NCBI GenBank assembly: GCA_012295275.1
Contig: CM022679.1
Coordinates: 18,786,001-18,850,000 of the forward strand
Reading direction: 5' to 3'
From: Chrysomallon squamiferum
Lineage: Eukaryota > Animalia > Mollusca
Length of the DNA: 64,000 bases
Under the pieces are notes generated by a model. It saw only the letters and a program-made list of their open reading frames with translations. It was not told the origin of the DNA and did not search any database. The translations under genes and the position numbers were made by a program. This document shows, piece after piece, positions 58,685 to 64,000 of the stretch (the first letter of the stretch is position 1; every line of letters starts with the position of its first letter).

Positions 58685-59234
58685 AGTAAATAAAAGGCGA
58701 AAATCGTTGTTCTAGATAACAAACTGAACACTTTGCCCTTTGGATAAATATTTGTCAGATTCAGCGTAAAAGAAAACCAACCTACATGAAAGACTCATGA
58801 AAGTCAACAACTTCGACGTCTTAACCTCTGATATTTCACATTCGTTAAACCATTTAAGAAAACAGTACAACGCTACAATAGCTTAATTATTTCGTCCTGC
58901 TTTCCATGCTATCTAACTGTATGTAATCGCTACGTGCGACTGTTAGGCCACGTGCAAATCCTCGCGCACGACGAAAACATCAGAAATTTATCAGTGAATT
59001 CAAGTTACGGTGTTTTACCACCAAGAAAATGATACGAGCCATTTATTAAGTTAATGTTATTTAATCCCATTGCGTTTCCGATCAGAACCTTTTCTAAATA
59101 TGGTCTATTATGTATCAAGATAAGTGTCCTTCGAAAAATAACTTAACATAGTTCAATATTTATTTGATGATTTGAAAGAAAGAAAGTTCATGCTATCCGC
59201 ATATTTACGGGTGAACGAGTAATAACAATTTGTT

Positions 59235-59266
<32 letters not shown>

Positions 59267-59593
59267 TACTATTATTTTTATTTTACTTTTTTATTATTTT
59301 TTTTTTTTTCCATTTTACTTTAACTGTTGTTAAAAACGGTGGTAGTGTTTTCTGATGATACCATTTTGACGTGGATAAATATTATGACAGTTAAAATATG
59401 AATCACTAGTCACAACCCGTTAAAATTATTTTCAGTTGTCGAACATTCGCTTATTCTGGCTAATTAAAATTATAAGAAATGTCATAAATTTAGATGCATA
59501 AAGGTTTTCTGTAAAATAACATCGCCAAAACTAACGTTATGATTCATAAATAAAATCTGATTTTTAATTTTAATTTTAATTTTTTCCCCTCAG

Positions 59594-59827
59594 GCGTTTG
59601 AATGTGTTGGTCGCTGTTATATCCCGATGAATCATCATTTAACCCCGACTAAACACGCCATCATCCAGACGCTGATGCACACTACGAAAATAGGCAAAAC
59701 TGGAAGAGCTTGCTGCGTGCCGACCAAACTGGATCCCATTTCGGTTTTATATTTGGACGAAAATGACGTCATTACCTACAAATATAGGTACGATGAAATG
59801 ATTGTGGCGGAATGTGGTTGTCGGTGA
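59594..59827 (+). CDS. BMP10: BMP9/10-like ligand, coding exon 3
   Basis: Acceptor tttttcccctcag|GCG; [29 protein letters not shown]...[16 protein letters not shown]...[17 protein letters not shown], where [11 protein letters not shown] is the BMP9/10 signature. Spliced CDS is 469+725+234=1428 nt, 475 aa. Confidence 0.96.
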   Translation, partial: AFECVGRCYIPMNHHLTPTKHAIIQTLMHTTKIGKTGRACCVPTKLDPISVLYLDENDVITYKYRYDEMIVAECGCR

Positions 59828-59892
59828 CCTAGTGAACATACGATTTCTTTTATGCAGTTCCTTTTGTTTCATAAGAAGACTATTTTGTGACA

Positions 59893-59943
<51 letters not shown>

Positions 59944-61679
59944 AACTTTATTTACTGAAGATAAATGGCAAAAGTTTTAGTTATTTCAAGAGAAAAACGC
60001 ATACAAATTTATGATAGGGCATGTTTTTTATTTGGAATACACAACTCAAATGAAAATTAAGATTTTTTATTAAAAACTTGAAACTGAAAAATAACATTTG
60101 CAAATTTATGCATAAGCGAGTATCAATTACTTTAAGAATCTAACTGTGTGTTTTTATTATGAAATCATATACTACTTTGAAATAATATAAATTAAGTATA
60201 TTAAGTATACTGAATGTGTAACAGATATGATATGCAGGTATGATTGTATTGGAGACATCTATCACGAACATTTCAATTTTATTAGCGGTCTGCAAAAAAC
60301 TACAGTCTGAGTATTTTACATTCATGCTTTGAATAACACCCGCGAGAGAGTGACTATATTAGTCATTGTGTTATCGGTTATTAGGATAACACTATCTGTA
60401 CCTGTCATAAGGAGATATTTCATAAATCTGTAGCTGGTAAAATAACATCTGAGTAGTTTTAAATAGACATGCATTTCATGCCCAACATCAGTTAAATTAA
60501 CCGGAAGACACGGAACATTTGCTATCAGGGGCCAACACCCTGTACTGCAGATACAGGTGGCGAAAACATAACCTTTTTTTCTTGGGTCAATAAAACGTGG
60601 AGCGCGGGAGTTGGGGATTATTTCCTGGAGAAGAAAATGTGGCTGTCAAACTGGAAATAGACGAGTTATTTTTAAATGTGTTTATCTGGGTTAATTTTTT
60701 GGTACTCGTCAAACCTAAATAAGATATAAAAAAATGTGTTGCGCTATTGAACATATTTTGTCCTGGGTTTGTCATTGAAGTGATTCAGTTCTTGAAGTAA
60801 AGAATTCTCGCATTAAAATATGATAAAAGAGTTATAAATGAAATCACATCTGTAAAGTTTCTTTTAATACCTTCATTCTTTTGCCAATTATAGAAATTAC
60901 AAATAGTTTATATTACCTGTATCATATATTACGAGTGTGTTAAAATGAATGTGATACATAATTAAGATATATTAATAAATAAGAAGAATTAATAAAACAT
61001 TTCTTTTATAAAAGGATGTACAGCAATTGTATTAATGTTCAAATATGTAAAAACTAATATGATGATTGTGCACTCTGTATCTCACCTTTGGGCACCTTAT
61101 AATCTTAAAACAACTAAATTCTGGCTAAAGTTCTTGTAAATGTTCAAGCCCTTATCCACTCAGATTCTTCTTTTTTCTGGACCGCTATCATGCAACTGAT
61201 TGTACCTCCAAGTATAACTTATCTGAAGTAATATGTGCATCTTTAGAAAATATTGTTAGAAAATTTGCAACTTTTCTGAGAATCTGTCTTGAAACTTTTA
61301 CATAATATAAAAAAGTGGTCTCAGTATATATTTCATTGACAGTCTCTTATTACTTGAAAAGAAGTACTTAGTATTTTTACAAAGTCAAATAGACTATGGT
61401 TTCACGACGTAAATATTTATTTAACTAATCCAATTTACATGCTACAGGATTACATTTGTTTATTTTTGCTGTTGAAGTTCTCATCAAATGGCGTCTAATA
61501 AAGAACATGCAATCTGAAGGAAGAGTCGTTCTATAGAGGTTTATATTTTATTTTGTTCTGGGGGTTTTCTGACAATTATATTTATTTCTTAAGCTGAAAA
61601 TATTTATAAACACCAAATTATAAATTTTTGTTTTCAAATACTCAACTTTGTATAATATATTTAGCGATATTTTACACGC

Positions 61680-61731
<52 letters not shown>

Positions 61732-62065
61732 AACTTCATAGTTACTTGTTTGTAATCTTACATTAATTAATTTATATAGCGATATATGAATAGCAGTTTT
61801 ATTATCATAGTCATTTACATTTTTCAGCTTTGTACATATATAATGTTTAAATAGTTTTTATTTTTGTTTTTATTTTTACTTTTTGGGGGGTGGTAACTGT
61901 GCATTAGTCCATCTGTTACTTATTTGTATAGTGTACGTAATTTAATAATAAAACAGAAAAGTAAAAGATAATTTACGTCTTATTTATAATAAAAAATAAT
62001 GAATTTGTTTGCATTGTTCTTCTTCTTCTTCTTCTTCTTCTTATTATTATTATTATTATTAGTAT

Positions 62066-62100
<35 letters not shown>

Positions 62101-64000
62101 ATATCAGCAGCAGCAGTAGTAATATTACTGACAGTTGAAGCAACAGCAGCACAGAATAGTTGTAATAGTAGTAGTAGAAGTGGTAGCAATAGCAACAGTA
62201 GTAACAGCAGCAGTTGTAGTAGTGACTGTAGGCTAATAATGTGCATCAGTGAAAGACATTTTTTTTTTTTTTTTTTTTTTATTTATAAATCTTCAAAGGT
62301 CATATACAGATTCTCATTTTAATGTGAAAATAAATACGAAACAAATCTGTATAGTTCGGAGTACGTGTATTTAGTTGGTTTTTCTCACAGATTAATAAGT
62401 TATTTTTATGATTTTGATTAAAATGAAATATTGACAGTTTACAATCAATTTGATAACGTCACGTACTACGTGCCACAGTTAACGTTGCTGTAGAAAGAAG
62501 TTTAATAGCAGGGTGGTCCAGTATTCCTTTTATTTATTTACTTATTCATTTATTTACTTACCTATTTACTAACTTACTTACTTACATACTAACTTACTAA
62601 CTTATTTATTTATATTTATTTACTAACATTTATTTATTTATTTATTTATTAAATGTTTTCTTGGTCATTTTAAAAACGTAATTTGATTGGTTACACTGAT
62701 TTATAATTTGTCTTATATATAAGTGATTGTTAATGATGAAGAAATTATATTATAAATAAATGTTTGTTTTATAGTTTTATGATTTTCTGTTTATAAAACA
62801 TAAATAGATTTATTTAAAATAGAAACACTATTGTAATGTTCTTTGCATGTTAAATGAATGAAATAAAACATGATGCATTTAATGTTTGTGTTAATTCTGA
62901 ATTGAGACCGGAGGTGTAATGAATGTATTCGCCTCCTGTACCGAACTACACCTGATCAATGTTTTACGTATAATCAGCTTTCATATTTTACAATTTAATT
63001 TAATTACATTCATTTATATTTATTGAAAAGTATTTTTTCAACTGATGTTTTTCTCTCATTCTTTTAGTAACAGTAGTTACAGTTTTGAAGAAACGTTCAG
63101 CGAAAATAGTGCGGAAACATCATTCAAACTATTTTTAATTTTGTAAATAAGAAACACAAAAATCAGTTTATTTTATGTTTTAATGTTTTAATGACGTAAG
63201 TTAATAACACAGCAGTGTCTGACAGACAACCTGTTACTTTCTTGAAACTCTTCTCTTACTTTGTAAAATATGTTTAGAACCCTAATTTATTTCTAAAACA
63301 TATTTGACTAGTCATTATTCAGTCCCTCTGTTTATCGTTTATGAATTCACTGATGCTATAAAAGAAACCTTCGGACAAAACACGTTCATTGTTATTCATT
63401 GCAAAATACATTTCAGGTATCAGTAATAATAATAATTATTATAAAAATGTACTGTAATATTAAATATATGTTAGGCCTAATTACATTCCTAACTGCAAGG
63501 AAGAATGTGAAGATAAATCACCATATTCATTTGTTTAATTAATTCAATGAATAAGGTGACGTTTTAAAAAAAAAAATATTATAATAATTTTCACAAGCAC
63601 TATTTGTAGCTTTGTGACAAAATATATATTAAATATAACTTGTTAGTCTACTAAATTAAAGTATGTGGATATGTTAGGGAAACATTTATATGTAAACATC
63701 ACAATATTTGTATGAAAGTTTTACTTGTTTTTTTAATGGCAATCTAGCAATTTATATGGATTAATTCCAGTAAAAACGCAAGTTGAATGGTAATTTTGTA
63801 TAAAGTTTAGATGATAAATTTTAATGAAAGAATTGCCTTCTTGGAGAAAATTAGCGGTCTTAGTACTAATATTCAACAGAAATAAAATTAATGGTTCTCC
63901 ATTATAAAAAATACTCAAACACCGTTACTTCTTATGACTCGAACAAATTCGGAAAAAAGAAAAAAACAGATTAAATAAAGAGTAGTAGCTAAATCGAGAA

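Noticed and set aside
54736-59827. Assignment of the second ligand to BMP2/4, ADMP or Nodal
   Set aside because: TPTKHAIIQ, the TYK insertion before the final strand and LYTLVQRDR..Y.GVDRK match BMP9/10; BMP2/4-type ligands have TNHA.
60480-60780. GC-richer block downstream of BMP10
   Set aside because: No TIRs, ORF similarity or RNA-gene structure that I can support.

Overview
AT-rich, microsatellite-dense animal genomic DNA; the repeat landscape and protein divergence suggest an invertebrate, plausibly a mollusc or other lophotrochozoan (inference). Two complete three-exon TGF-beta superfamily ligand genes lie on the + strand: a BMP3/GDF10 orthologue (2331-21782, 489 aa) and a BMP9/10 (GDF2/BMP10) orthologue (54736-59827, 475 aa), both assembled here from GT-AG junctions with consistent phases. 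Their tandem order matches the vertebrate GDF10-GDF2 pair, suggesting ancient microsynteny. Between them, on the - strand, is an intact 142-aa, strongly basic protein ORF I cannot assign to a family (37297-37725), with a splice acceptor and candidate 5' UTR exons. The window also holds four Tc1/mariner-superfamily relics (a truncated Tc1, a Tigger/pogo deletion derivative, a 211-bp mariner mini-element and a decayed mariner transposase), a 15-bp minisatellite, an 82-bp perfect AT palindrome and several GC-rich candidate regulatory islands. Most short ORFs in the track are microsatellite artefacts.
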